64,000 bases of DNA from Dicyema japonicum (taxonomy: Eukaryota > Animalia > Dicyemida), in contig RDEW01000027.1 in assembly GCA_011109175.1 (NCBI GenBank), positions 472,811-536,810 on the forward strand, given 5' to 3'. Of this stretch, positions 62,695 to 64,000 are shown piece after piece; within the stretch, counting starts at the first letter, position 1; every line of letters begins with the position of its first letter. The notes beneath the pieces were generated by a model that ran no database searches, was not told the DNA's origin, and worked only from the letters and a program-made list of their open reading frames with translations. The position numbers were made by a program, and so were the translations under genes.

Positions 62695-64000
62695 ACAATT
62701 TGCACGGCATTCAACCTACTCATATGCAACACTTGTTTCAAGCACCCGGCAAGACACAGGACCACGTGGGTTGGTACCAGAAAAGGCAAATCTGGAAACA
62801 CAGTCAATATATACAATCAGATCGACTATATTATCTGCAAGCAACATCAGAAGGCCCTCCTACAGGACTCGAGATCTTACGGTGGACTTGAAACAAGTAG
62901 CGATCATAAACTTGTGGTCGCCCGGCTAGTACTTAAAAGAATCCATGGAATACACGGGAAACACAAAGGCCTTACCTCAGTACGTTTCGACACTGAGAGG
63001 TTACGCTACGAAGAATCCACCAAATGTCGTTATAGTGCAGTTCTGAGAGATAGCATCAACAGTATTAACCAAAATCAGCCGACAAACAGCTTATGGGATG
63101 AAATAGTGGTTGCTATCCAAAACACAGCCTTTAGTGTGCTTGGTCACATCACCAAATCTCGTCACAAACAATGTAATCCGGATATCGGACAACTCTCTGT
63201 AACACAGAAAGAGCTCAGACTCCGGATGGAAAACACAAACGCTCCGGAAGATATCAAAGTACTGCGCACCCAGAGAGGGAGAGTCTTAACGAAGATCAAA
63301 CAAATACAAAGATTCCTTGCCAAAAATGAAGCTGAGGAGAAAATCTCAGACATATTAAAGTACAAGAACGGACCAAGAATGTTCAAAGCAATCCGGCTTC
63401 TTAGCAGAGAAAACTGTCCAATTTCGTTAACTGTCCATGACAACCTTGGTCACGACGTTATCGGGACCATTAACAAAGCAAACGTTCTGGCATCCCATTT
63501 TGACCTTATGTTCAACAAACAGGACGCGGCTGACCAAGCAATGAAATCTCGGAAGTCTTACAAGTACACTCTAACTAGCCCTATTACCATATCCGAAACT
63601 CAACAAGCTATTAAAAAATTAAATACCGGAAGATCTGCCGGACCAGACTTCATTACTGCAGAACTTTTACAATACGGCCCGGAGGAGCTAATTGAAATGA
63701 TTACTAACATTTTCAACCGGTCTCTCGAGGGTGCAGATGAACTGGAACTGGGAAAAGGGTGGCTAATTCCACTACAAAAACCGGGAAAAAGTAAAGGCCC
63801 CCCTCACAACTTCAGACCTATTATACTCCTAACCTCCATACGAAAAACATTATCCCTCATTGCTTTAAACCGAATAAAGGAGAGGGTGAACATATTTCTT
63901 TCGGACGGCCAAAGTGGATTCCGGACGGGCAGGTCCACGGCTGACGTGGTATGGGGGCACAGGTGGTATTGTGCCCTGTGCCAAAAATACAAAAAATCTA
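62695..64000 (+). mobile_element. Young RTE-like LINE, 5'-truncated, frame open to window end (missed by ORF track because there is no stop)
   Basis: ~435 uninterrupted codons: NTCFKH..TTW, NQIDYII, SDHKLV (APE); GRSAGPD, IPLQKPGK, FRPIILL, QSGFRTGRSTAD (RT). Confidence 0.92.

Overview
AT-rich metazoan nuclear DNA; no prokaryotic systems are present. Host genes are broken by very short (about 21-29 nt) GT-AG introns, which best fits a dicyemid mesozoan (inference). Recognisable genes: HID1 (9546-11823 +), a receptor guanylyl cyclase with a damaged 5' half (13338-~16580 -), an intronless Shaker/Kv1 channel with an eroded voltage sensor (17766-19001 -), a miniaturised KATNIP-like gene (33498-34788 +), Lhx1/5 LIM-homeobox (~39070-40445 +), an SMPDL3-like phosphodiesterase (50338-51560 +), and GM130/GOLGA2 (54170-56468 -) head-to-head with Gemin6 (56545- +). 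Most intergenic DNA is retrotransposon debris: CRE-like (RT plus restriction-like endonuclease), R4/Dong-like, RTE-like and I/Jockey-group LINEs, a tRNA-derived SINE with an RTE tail, and minor DNA-transposon remnants. Best leads: a CRE-like copy with twin-priming geometry and a TSD, a mobilised internally deleted mini-RTE keeping an in-frame fusion ORF, a cloverleaf-like SINE body domain, the charge-depleted Kv1, and one-directional small deletions in conserved genes (probably assembly errors). Family assignments come from remembered motifs, not database searches, and TE boundaries without a stated TSD are approximate.
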